DNA of 64,000 nt from the IMG/VR virus record IMGVR_UViG_3300007504_000006, positions 22,249-86,248 of that record; one strand, written 5' to 3'. Both the position numbers and the translations under genes were made by a program. Under the pieces are notes generated by a model. The model was given only the letters and a program-made list of their open reading frames with translations. It did not search any database and was not told the DNA's origin. Below, piece by piece: positions 50,084 through 59,538 of the stretch. The stretch's first letter is position 1. Each line of letters opens with the position of its first letter. Origin of the DNA: a virus.

Positions 50084-50968
50084 ATGGCAAGTACGTTAAA
50101 AGGCGCAGTAAGATCAGCCGCTGATGCTGTTAGATTTGGTGGCCAAGTCCCGTCTTTTTATTTAGACCCTAATAATTTTACAGGAAGCAGTTTGCCAGTA
50201 TCTGCAGGTGGAACAGGAGGCACTACTCTTCAAACTGCTAGAGATAGTTTAAGTTTATACAGCAAAAACGAAATAGATACTAAAGTTGCATCTGCTGTAT
50301 TAGGTAGTGCAAATGTTATCACTAATGGTACAAATAATATTACTGTAGATTTAACAGCTCTTAAATTTACATTAGCAGGTACAGAAGTAGGGGTATGGGA
50401 CAATTCTACTGGTATTTTTGCAATATCAGGTAATGTAACTATTTCGGGTACTTTAGATGGCGTAACAAATGTTGCCGCAAAAGCCGAATCTGCTAGTAGT
50501 TGGGGTAATCATGCTAATGTCGGTTATTTAACAGCACCTCCTTCATATGCTATAACTGATTTAACAAATGTTTCTACTACAACCCCAACAGTTAATCAAT
50601 ATCTAGCATGGTCAGGAACTGAATATATTCCAACAACATTTTCTCTTACTGGATATAGTGTTTCTACATTTAATGATGTAGATACTGTAAATTTTACACC
50701 TATTGTAGGTAATGTTTTAAAATGGAACGGCGATAATTGGATTCCAGATGATGATAAAAGTAATGCAATACAAGTATTAAATGATTTAAATGATGTAGAT
50801 ACACAATCAAATTCACCTAGTGCAAATAAAGTATTAGCATTTACAGGAGCAGAATGGAGCCCTTTGGATTTAGATACAATAATAACAGATATAAATTTAA
50901 CAACAGCAACTATCGGTACAGCAAATTTAACTGATCTATCTGTTGATTTTGGAACAATACCTGACTAA
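50084..50968 (+). CDS. Tail fibre-like protein
   Basis: LxDLxDV...VL.W.G..W.P repeats and SWGNH motif. Confidence 0.65.
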   Translation: MASTLKGAVRSAADAVRFGGQVPSFYLDPNNFTGSSLPVSAGGTGGTTLQTARDSLSLYSKNEIDTKVASAVLGSANVITNGTNNITVDLTALKFTLAGTEVGVWDNSTGIFAISGNVTISGTLDGVTNVAAKAESASSWGNHANVGYLTAPPSYAITDLTNVSTTTPTVNQYLAWSGTEYIPTTFSLTGYSVSTFNDVDTVNFTPIVGNVLKWNGDNWIPDDDKSNAIQVLNDLNDVDTQSNSPSANKVLAFTGAEWSPLDLDTIITDINLTTATIGTANLTDLSVDFGTIPD

Positions 50969-50980
50969 AAGGATTAATTA

Positions 50981-53113
50981 ATGGCTATTCAGTTTAAACG
51001 AGGAACTACGAGTAATAGAACTAACTATACTCCGGCGGCAGGCGAATTAATAGTTGTTGACGTCGATCAAGTAAATCCTTCTATATATGTTGGGGATGGT
51101 AGTACAGCAGGAGGTAAATTAGCCTCTGCTCAAGGTGGCGGCGGAGTTTCTGAAGCATTTAAAACAATATCAATATCAGGTCAAGATAATATAGTTGCTG
51201 AAGCCGAAGCAGATACATTAACTTTATCGGCAGGTACTAATATAACCCTTACAACAAATGCAACTACAGACACTATAACAATTACAAATTCTTATTCAGC
51301 ACCAGCAGAAACAGATCCTATTTTTACTGCTCATGATGCATATAATGTATCGGCAAGTAAAATAACAAGTTGGGATACAGCATTTGGTTGGGGCGACCAT
51401 GCCCTTGTAGGCTATTTGACAACTCAAAGTAGCATTAATAGTTTATCTGATGTTGATACCACAACTACCGGACCAACTCAAAATCAAGTATTATCATGGA
51501 ATGGAACTAAATGGATACCTGCAACATCAACAGCAGGAACAACATTATCTGGGTTATCTGATACCAATACTTCAAATGCATCAAATGGAAAAATATTAGA
51601 ATATGATAATGGCACATGGATAATTGGAGAAAAAACAGCAACAGGAGCAACAACTGTTATAGGTTTAGGTGATACTCCATCTAATTATACTGCAAAAGCA
51701 AACTTTTTTGTACGAGTAAATCCTAATGCAACAGGGTTAGATTTTAGAGATATAACTGCAAATGCTCCTTTAAGTTGGGATAAAGTAAATAGTGTTTTGT
51801 CTTTTAGTGCAGATACAGATGATATAAGTGAAGGATCAACTAATTTATATTATACAGATGCAAGAGTTAATACTCTTTTAGGCACTAAAACATTTTTAGA
51901 AGATACAGATTTTACTTCACAAGGATTAATGAAACGAGGATCCTCTGCAGGAAGTTATAGTATAATCACAGATAGTTCTACTAATTGGGACACAGCATAT
52001 AGTTGGGGTGATCATAGTTCTGCAGGTTACATAACTGGTATTTCTTCTTTAAGTATTAATGCATTAAATGATGTTTCTATATCATCTTCAACAAATAATC
52101 AAATTTTACGATGGAACGGAACAAATTGGATTAATTCAGATGAAAATACTGGTATTACTACATTAACTGGTCTTTCTGATACTCCGTCGGGTTATGGAGT
52201 ATCCGGACAAGTATTATCATCAACTGGATCAGGTACACAATGGGTTGATCAATCAGGCGGAAGCGGTGGTGGACAGGGTATACAAGATGTATCAGATGAT
52301 TTAACTCCTCAGTTAGGTGGCAATTTAGATGTTCAAGCAAGAACAATTTTTACATCTACAACTGATGGAAATATTGTCCTTACTCCAGATGGTACAGGTC
52401 ATTTAGAAGTAGGTTCTGCAAATATAATTACTACAGGTAAAGTATATTTTGGAAATACATTTCCAGATTTAGCAGGATTACCTAGTGCTACAACATATGA
52501 TGGTATGATTGCTATTGCAGATGATACAGGAAATATATATTATTCATATAATACTACATGGGCCGAAATAGCAAAGCAATCTAATATACCTACTGTATTA
52601 ACCGATTTAGGAATATCGGATGGTCCGGCAGGATATTCTTTAACTACAGACGGATCAGCTAATTTTTCATTTACCAATATTAGAGAAGGTTCAATTTATT
52701 ATACAAATGGAAATTTTGGTACTGCTGGAGATAGTCGAAGCGGCAAACATATTTTTAGAGGGTTAACAACTAATGATTTTTTAAATGAAATTTTTATTGG
52801 AAATGTTGTAGACTCAAAATTAGATTTTCAAGATAATTCTATTAATACAGTAGAAATTTTAATTACAGGTACTAGATTAATAACTTTAGGAGGAGTATCT
52901 TTTAGATTTGAAGCATGTTTTCAAAATACAGCAGGAACATTATCTATGTTAGGATTTACTAAAACAAGATTAGGATTTACTGATAATGATTATGATGTTG
53001 TTTTGGATGTAGACGAAGATAGTACCGATACTATGCGACTTAGATGTAAAGGAAAAACCGGTCATACTATTCGTTGGATGGCAGTAGTAAATACGGTTGA
53101 GGTGGCCCAATGA
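50981..53113 (+). CDS. Tail fibre protein
   Basis: MAIQFKRGT...GEL...YVGDG.T.GG N-terminus, LSDV/LSDTP repeats, D.TPQLGGNLD and C-terminal TIRWMA.V...EV. Confidence 0.7.
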   Translation: MAIQFKRGTTSNRTNYTPAAGELIVVDVDQVNPSIYVGDGSTAGGKLASAQGGGGVSEAFKTISISGQDNIVAEAEADTLTLSAGTNITLTTNATTDTITITNSYSAPAETDPIFTAHDAYNVSASKITSWDTAFGWGDHALVGYLTTQSSINSLSDVDTTTTGPTQNQVLSWNGTKWIPATSTAGTTLSGLSDTNTSNASNGKILEYDNGTWIIGEKTATGATTVIGLGDTPSNYTAKANFFVRVNPNATGLDFRDITANAPLSWDKVNSVLSFSADTDDISEGSTNLYYTDARVNTLLGTKTFLEDTDFTSQGLMKRGSSAGSYSIITDSSTNWDTAYSWGDHSSAGYITGISSLSINALNDVSISSSTNNQILRWNGTNWINSDENTGITTLTGLSDTPSGYGVSGQVLSSTGSGTQWVDQSGGSGGGQGIQDVSDDLTPQLGGNLDVQARTIFTSTTDGNIVLTPDGTGHLEVGSANIITTGKVYFGNTFPDLAGLPSATTYDGMIAIADDTGNIYYSYNTTWAEIAKQSNIPTVLTDLGISDGPAGYSLTTDGSANFSFTNIREGSIYYTNGNFGTAGDSRSGKHIFRGLTTNDFLNEIFIGNVVDSKLDFQDNSINTVEILITGTRLITLGGVSFRFEACFQNTAGTLSMLGFTKTRLGFTDNDYDVVLDVDEDSTDTMRLRCKGKTGHTIRWMAVVNTVEVAQ

Positions 53114-56100
53114 AGTATATCATAAATTTATATAATACAGTAGATGCTCAAGCCGTTGCTGATCGATTAGGTATAACAGGAGATATATTATCTAATCTTA
53201 AAGTTATACACGTAGAAGATCCTACACAAGAACAAGTAGATACATGGTTAGCAGATTCAGATGTAAAAGCAATTTTAGAAGATCAAGAAACTCTTTGTAC
53301 TGATTTAAGTTCTGTTGAATTAACTAAAGCAACAAGTGAGCCTTCTGAAGAAGAAACTTTTAGTCAAGGTGTAAGTGGAGATGCTAGCCAAAATTGTTTA
53401 GCATTTAATGATGGAATCAATAATTGGTATTATTGGCATTTACCTGCATCATCGCAGAGACCTACTACTTCTCAATATACTAATACATATACCTATACAA
53501 ACGATGGAGCCAATGTTGACCTTTATATATTAGATACTGGGGTTGCTGGAGCATGTTTACAAACAAATGGTGGAGCGGCCGCAAATGCTTTAGCCGATGT
53601 AATAGGAATAATGCATCCAGAATTTGAAGATCCTGCATTTTCTAATGGTTCAACTGCAAATGGTGGTAACGGTGATCAATATCGTGTTATGGATCAAGGT
53701 GTACGCACTATAAACATAGGTTCGGGTTCAGGAGTTGGCGGTGGAGGTTGGCTAAACGAAGATACACAAGGACACGGTACATATTGTGCTATGTTTGCGG
53801 CAGGTAAATTAGCAGGTATGGCTAAAAAATCATATATATGGTCTGTAAAAGTAATGGATCCTACAGGAAACGGATCTAATTCAGGATATTTAACAGATTT
53901 ACAACAAGGTATGGATGCAACAATTAATCATGTTAATACAAAAGCAAATGGACGACCTAGTGTAGCAAATATTTCTATCGGAGTACCATTTTATAGAGAA
54001 GTTGGTAATATCTATATAAATGAAGTAGCAGGTGATACATTAAATGAATTATTAGATGATCATGAAAAAATTATGCTTAGTAATAATATTTTTATTTGTC
54101 GATCTGCAGGTAATGGTATTAAAGATAATTCGACTGATTTAATACGACAAGGACCTGTTCAAGCATCTTTTGTTACAGGACCAAGAACAGGCGCAACAAA
54201 AGCAACCGATCCATGGAACATAGAAGGTATAGGTCAAGAAAAATTTGGAGTTGGTGCATTAGAACCTGTAGTTACATTAGGCTCAGGCGATGTTAGACAC
54301 GGACATACTTCGTATAATTTACAATTAGCAGAATTTTCTAATTATGGTAATGCAGTTGAAATAAGTGCACCAGGTGATGCTTTAATTTGTAAATTTTGGA
54401 ATGCTGATGATCATTTATTAAACGGAACATATGCAACATATCTATCAGGTACATCTTTTTCTGCACCTATTGTTGCAGGTTATGCATGTATTAGGCAATC
54501 AATAGTACCTATGGAAGCATTAGGATTAACAAAGCAATTTATAAAAGATTCATCAAGTCGAACACATAACTGGAATAGTTTAGAAGATTTTACACATCCA
54601 CATGAACAAAAATGGCCAATAGTAAACGCCATAAAATATATTAATAGTCCGTCATTAGGAAAAAATGATAATATACAAACCTTATATAATAGTGATCTTG
54701 TTGCTATTAGAGTAAATCCATACTTATATGGTGTAAAAACAAATACAACTGATACACACGAATTAGAATATAGTCCGTCTACTAATGGTTGTCAAAGTAA
54801 ACTTGCTAGAGAGGATTATTTTTGTATGGATGAAGCAGTTAAAACAGATGCAGGAAGTGTAGGAATTCCGTATCTTCATGGAGAAGCCCATAGAGTAAAA
54901 TTTAGATTTTTTGGTTATTTAGATTTAGCACCAGGAGATCCAAATTCAGGATCTACTCTTCAAGCCCCATCTGATGGTTATCCAGTAAGAGATGCAGTTG
55001 ATAACAATCATGCTAATGATGGACCTATAAATTTGCAAGTATTAACATCTAAAATAAATTATAATGGTACTTTGTGTCGTGTATGGTTGACAGGAATACC
55101 AACAACTCCGTCAGATTGGCCAAACGGTCAACCTTTTGATGTACCATCTGGTATAACAACAGGTGTATGGGATGGAAAATTTCTTACACAAGCAAATGCC
55201 TCTGGTGTTTATTTTGGAAAAATACAAAATATGCAAATTGCTACAACCAGTACAATTACAGATAATGTATCAGCATTAAATGGTTGGATAGTACTTAAAG
55301 CAAGAACCCTTGCAAATGATAATGTATCAGTAGATGGAGATGGACTAAAAGTAGCAAATGTATCTGGCACAAATGCATTAGGAGTAGATACAAATGCAAG
55401 TCCTAATGTAACATACGACGCAGGGCAATGGGGTGTAGGAAATGGTGTTTGGGATGATTTACATTGGCGTGATGGTGTATTTTTAAATATGGACAGTAAT
55501 AGTATAGGTACTGTCGGTCTTAATGCATTATATGATTCGCAAGCAAATCAAACTATAAGAGATTATTTGCCTATACAAGAAACAGGGCAAAACATATTAT
55601 TTAATTGGTATGTTGAAAAAGAATTACAGATTCCGCAACTATCTAATAATGCTAACACAGGAAATTTTATATCAACTACTCCTCAAACTATTACTGCAAA
55701 ACAAAACGAAACAATAAGTTTAAATTTAGGTATGTGTTGGATAGATACAAATACATTCCGACATATAGGATATCAACATTTAGAAGTAGGAGCCCAAGCA
55801 TATACTATTTCATCTGGTGCTTTACCTGCAGGCCTTTCACTTAATACTACTACAGGTCAATTACAAGGTACACTTACAGCAGACATTGATACAATTGACA
55901 CATTTACTATTACTGCTCATAACGTAAATGCGGTATATACGTTTAATATAACAGAACTTGTTGAGACTGGTTATTATTATGATGGTTCAAATTTAAAATT
56001 ACCTGGTACCGTTATAGAAGGATGGACAGAAGTTGAAACAGATAATTATCAATTAGAAGTTAATAAAAACTATTTTATAAATTCAGGTGCGTTAAATAAT

Positions 56101-56334
56101 ATACCAATGAATTTAACAATGCCTAGTACTGCAAAAATAGGTGATAAAATAGTACTAATTGATGCAACTAGAACAGCTGGCTCACGTAATTGGATAATTG
56201 ACCCAAATGGTTTACCAATAGAAACTCCCGGCAATGGAACAAGTACTTGGACTATAGGTACAGCGGGTATTCAATATGAACTTGTGTATTATAAAGGTAA
56301 TGTAGGATGGATAGTTAGAGAGACTACAACATGA
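53110..56334 (+). CDS. Subtilisin-like S8 serine protease with Ig-like and fibre-anchor domains
   Basis: Triad LYILDTG / HGTYCA / GTSFSAP, oxyanion SAGN, FSNYG..V.I.APG; SGALPAGLSLN..TG Ig-like repeat. Confidence 0.88.
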   Translation: MKYIINLYNTVDAQAVADRLGITGDILSNLKVIHVEDPTQEQVDTWLADSDVKAILEDQETLCTDLSSVELTKATSEPSEEETFSQGVSGDASQNCLAFNDGINNWYYWHLPASSQRPTTSQYTNTYTYTNDGANVDLYILDTGVAGACLQTNGGAAANALADVIGIMHPEFEDPAFSNGSTANGGNGDQYRVMDQGVRTINIGSGSGVGGGGWLNEDTQGHGTYCAMFAAGKLAGMAKKSYIWSVKVMDPTGNGSNSGYLTDLQQGMDATINHVNTKANGRPSVANISIGVPFYREVGNIYINEVAGDTLNELLDDHEKIMLSNNIFICRSAGNGIKDNSTDLIRQGPVQASFVTGPRTGATKATDPWNIEGIGQEKFGVGALEPVVTLGSGDVRHGHTSYNLQLAEFSNYGNAVEISAPGDALICKFWNADDHLLNGTYATYLSGTSFSAPIVAGYACIRQSIVPMEALGLTKQFIKDSSSRTHNWNSLEDFTHPHEQKWPIVNAIKYINSPSLGKNDNIQTLYNSDLVAIRVNPYLYGVKTNTTDTHELEYSPSTNGCQSKLAREDYFCMDEAVKTDAGSVGIPYLHGEAHRVKFRFFGYLDLAPGDPNSGSTLQAPSDGYPVRDAVDNNHANDGPINLQVLTSKINYNGTLCRVWLTGIPTTPSDWPNGQPFDVPSGITTGVWDGKFLTQANASGVYFGKIQNMQIATTSTITDNVSALNGWIVLKARTLANDNVSVDGDGLKVANVSGTNALGVDTNASPNVTYDAGQWGVGNGVWDDLHWRDGVFLNMDSNSIGTVGLNALYDSQANQTIRDYLPIQETGQNILFNWYVEKELQIPQLSNNANTGNFISTTPQTITAKQNETISLNLGMCWIDTNTFRHIGYQHLEVGAQAYTISSGALPAGLSLNTTTGQLQGTLTADIDTIDTFTITAHNVNAVYTFNITELVETGYYYDGSNLKLPGTVIEGWTEVETDNYQLEVNKNYFINSGALNNIPMNLTMPSTAKIGDKIVLIDATRTAGSRNWIIDPNGLPIETPGNGTSTWTIGTAGIQYELVYYKGNVGWIVRETTT

Positions 56335-57002
56335 AATTTTTAAAGAAAAAAACTGTCGATACGGCAGAAGTTCAACAAGATGTTTTTACTGGAACAGGTA
56401 GTGAGACCGAATTTACTCTTACATTTACAGTAATGGATGTGAAACAATTATTTGTATCTATTGATGGTTTAACACAAGAACCTATTGCGGCCTACGGTGT
56501 TAATGTTGCTGGAACAAAAGTTGTATTTACAGAAGCACCACTTTTAGATGCAAAAATTTTATGCAAATACATTGAAGCATCTCCAATTAATATTACAACT
56601 GTAAATCAAAATTCAATTGGAATAAATGAATTAGCAGTATCAGATGGAACATACGGTCAAGCATTAACTACAGATGGTTCCGGAGCATTAAGTTTTTCTT
56701 CTGTTGATCCCGGAGGGTTTGAATATAAGAATGATACAGATTCACCTTTTACTGCATATGCCGGACAAGCAGTCCAAATCGACACAACAAATGCATCAGT
56801 TACAATGAAATTACCTGCAAGTCCAAATCAAAATGATGCAGTTCAAATTGTTGATGCAGGAGGAAATTTTGCAGGATATCCATTAATAGTCGAACGAAAT
56901 GGTAGCACAATAATGGGCGTAGCAGATGATTTAGTAGTTAATTACGACCGAACCCATTTTGGTTTAGTATATAATGGATCTACATGGAGGGTATTTGCGT
57001 AA
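56331..57002 (+). CDS. Fibre/baseplate structural protein
   Basis: FTG.G...F.L and VSIDGL.QEP motifs; C-terminal domain shared with the 32924 gene. Confidence 0.65.
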   Translation: MKFLKKKTVDTAEVQQDVFTGTGSETEFTLTFTVMDVKQLFVSIDGLTQEPIAAYGVNVAGTKVVFTEAPLLDAKILCKYIEASPINITTVNQNSIGINELAVSDGTYGQALTTDGSGALSFSSVDPGGFEYKNDTDSPFTAYAGQAVQIDTTNASVTMKLPASPNQNDAVQIVDAGGNFAGYPLIVERNGSTIMGVADDLVVNYDRTHFGLVYNGSTWRVFA

Positions 57003-59110
57003 TGCCATTAACTAAATTACCAGCAGGATCTATTGTAGATGGATCTATAACAAGTTCAAAAATTGCCGATGCAACTATAACAGCAACTGATATAGCAAAT
57101 AGTACAATTACTGTAGATAAATTGTCTTCTACTCTAGATATATCTACTCGTACATTAACTTTACCAGTAGATGCTGTTACTCATAGAGAATTAGCAATAA
57201 CATATACTTCGCCGACACACAATGATAAATTTTTACAAATTAATTCATCTGGTGAATTTGTATGGGCAGATCCTGGATCTTATCCAATTACATATTCCGC
57301 AATAACAGGACCTATACCAGCAGGTCATATAGCCGCTGGTACGATTGTTTCATCAATGATAGGTAATCAAGAGGTAGCAGAGGCTAATATAGCAGATGGA
57401 ACAATAACAGATGGTAAATTGAGTTCAACTTTAGATTTATCAACAAAAACTATAACTTATCCGACAGATACAACTGTAACTAATTTAACTGTTACTGGTA
57501 ATTTAAAAACAGAAGGTACAACAACAGAAGTTGATACACAAAATTTACTTGTTAAAGATAATATTATTCGTATTAATGATGATGAAACAGGCCCAGGAGT
57601 AAGTGCCAATGCCGCAGGAATAGAAATTTTTAGAGGTCCTGGACAAGATCATGCAACTATTATGTGGGACGAAGCATCTAGTGCATTTGAATTTAGATTA
57701 GGTGCTGGTACTGTAGATTTAACTTTTGGTTCAGCAGGTACTCCTGCCGATTCTATAGGATATGAACAATTAAAAATAAATGATGCCGCAGATCCTGGCC
57801 CAGCAACCAATACTTTTTTACAATCTGCAGGCGATGGCAATTTTGAATTTGCAGTAGTTAATTCGGCTAATTTTCCAGTATCAGGAGCAATAAGTGGAAC
57901 ATTGGCTAGTAATACATTACAAAATTATTCTGTAACTACCCAAAAAATAGCAGATAGAGCTATAACATCTGCTAAATTTGATACAAGTATTTCATTTGTT
58001 GGAACGACTGTTATTTTTAATCCTGGAGATATTTTAACCGCAATAAATGGTGCAGGATATTTTAATTTAACAAATTCTAATATTAATTTACCTATTAATG
58101 TTGTTGATAGTGGAAATATACAGGATGGGTCTGTAACAGGGTTTAAATTGGCAAATTCTTTAGATTTGTCAACCAAAACTTTAACATATCCTAATGATAT
58201 AACTTTTCAAAATTTAACTATTTCTGGTAATTTAACAGTCAATGGTACAACCACAACTATAAACACAGCCTTAGAAACTTCCGAAGGTTTAGAAATTACT
58301 CCCTCAGGACAAACTGTAGGTTTATTAATTAATAGCACATCTACAGGTCACCACTTACAAATACAAGATGATTCTGTTGATACATTTTTAGTTAAAGATG
58401 GAGGAGAAGTAGTACTACAAAGTTTAACTATTGAAAAAAATATTACTGAAAAATTAGGAACATCTACTGTTAATAGTGCTTCTGGATCTGGAGTAGGTGC
58501 AAAATGTACTATAGATGGTGCCGGTCTTACTGTTGATTTTGATCCTGGAAATCATGCAAATAACGATCGCGGATCAGGTTATGCCGCAGGTGATAAAATG
58601 GAATCATCTTATAAACCAGACAATACAAATGGAGCATGGATAGTAACAGTTTCTGCGGTAGGCGGGAGCGGTGAGATACTAACAGCAACAGTTATACATA
58701 ATCCTAATTGTACATCTCATAATCATTCTTTTACATTAAACAATGTCTCTATGGAAAATATTTCTACATCATCGATTACTGTTGATTTAGCAACAGGTAA
58801 TCATTTTGTAGTAGACCTTGAAAGTCTTTCAGGAAATATAGAGACATTTACAGTAAACAATACAAATCAAGAAGCAAACAGAGTAAGTTCTTTCACTATG
58901 AAAATTATTCAAGGTAGTACAACACGCCAATTTACATGGGCATCATTAACTGCATTTAAATGGCCAGGATCATTTGGTGACGGATCATTATTAGATTTTG
59001 ATCCTCCTGCATTAACTGACGGTGCAGATAAAGTAGATATTTTTTCGTTTATTACATATGATAATGGAACTACTTGGTATGGCCAAATAGTTGGTTTAGA
59101 TTATCGTTAA
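57002..59110 (+). CDS. Tail fibre-like protein
   Basis: DGSIT..KIA repeats, VKDNII..N, AGIEI.RG, C-terminal F.TYDNGTTWYG; likely start at 57002. Confidence 0.7.
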   Translation: MPLTKLPAGSIVDGSITSSKIADATITATDIANSTITVDKLSSTLDISTRTLTLPVDAVTHRELAITYTSPTHNDKFLQINSSGEFVWADPGSYPITYSAITGPIPAGHIAAGTIVSSMIGNQEVAEANIADGTITDGKLSSTLDLSTKTITYPTDTTVTNLTVTGNLKTEGTTTEVDTQNLLVKDNIIRINDDETGPGVSANAAGIEIFRGPGQDHATIMWDEASSAFEFRLGAGTVDLTFGSAGTPADSIGYEQLKINDAADPGPATNTFLQSAGDGNFEFAVVNSANFPVSGAISGTLASNTLQNYSVTTQKIADRAITSAKFDTSISFVGTTVIFNPGDILTAINGAGYFNLTNSNINLPINVVDSGNIQDGSVTGFKLANSLDLSTKTLTYPNDITFQNLTISGNLTVNGTTTTINTALETSEGLEITPSGQTVGLLINSTSTGHHLQIQDDSVDTFLVKDGGEVVLQSLTIEKNITEKLGTSTVNSASGSGVGAKCTIDGAGLTVDFDPGNHANNDRGSGYAAGDKMESSYKPDNTNGAWIVTVSAVGGSGEILTATVIHNPNCTSHNHSFTLNNVSMENISTSSITVDLATGNHFVVDLESLSGNIETFTVNNTNQEANRVSSFTMKIIQGSTTRQFTWASLTAFKWPGSFGDGSLLDFDPPALTDGADKVDIFSFITYDNGTTWYGQIVGLDYR

Positions 59111-59538
59111 GCGGCTAGTTTTTCTACATTTGTTGCTATAGTTTTTATTTTGTTAATAGCAGATTTATCATAAAAAACCAATTTTGCACCTGAATGTAAC
59201 GGTTTTGGCCAAGCACCAATATCTACCCAACAATATCCACTAGACTCTTTGTTCAAAACAGGAACAAATTCGTCATAACAAGCAATAACAAAAGTTTTAT
59301 AATTAAATCCATTATTGGATTCAAATATATGTAAAGGATATATTTTATGTGAAACAGGGAGTTTACCCATTTCTTCTTCTAATTCTCGTTCTAATGTTTC
59401 TAATGGTTGTTCATTTTTTTCTGCCTTACCACCCCAGAATGCCCATGTGCCAGGATGACTGACATTTTTTGATCGCATTTGAAGTAATATTCTACTAGTG
59501 GGCAAAGACAAAAAGATAGCACCTACTCCGCTAGTCAT
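59107..59538 (-). CDS. NUDIX hydrolase
   Basis: W..WGGKAEKNEQPLETLERELEEEMG Nudix box. Confidence 0.88.
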   Translation of the reverse strand: MTSGVGAIFLSLPTSRILLQMRSKNVSHPGTWAFWGGKAEKNEQPLETLERELEEEMGKLPVSHKIYPLHIFESNNGFNYKTFVIACYDEFVPVLNKESSGYCWVDIGAWPKPLHSGAKLVFYDKSAINKIKTIATNVEKLAA

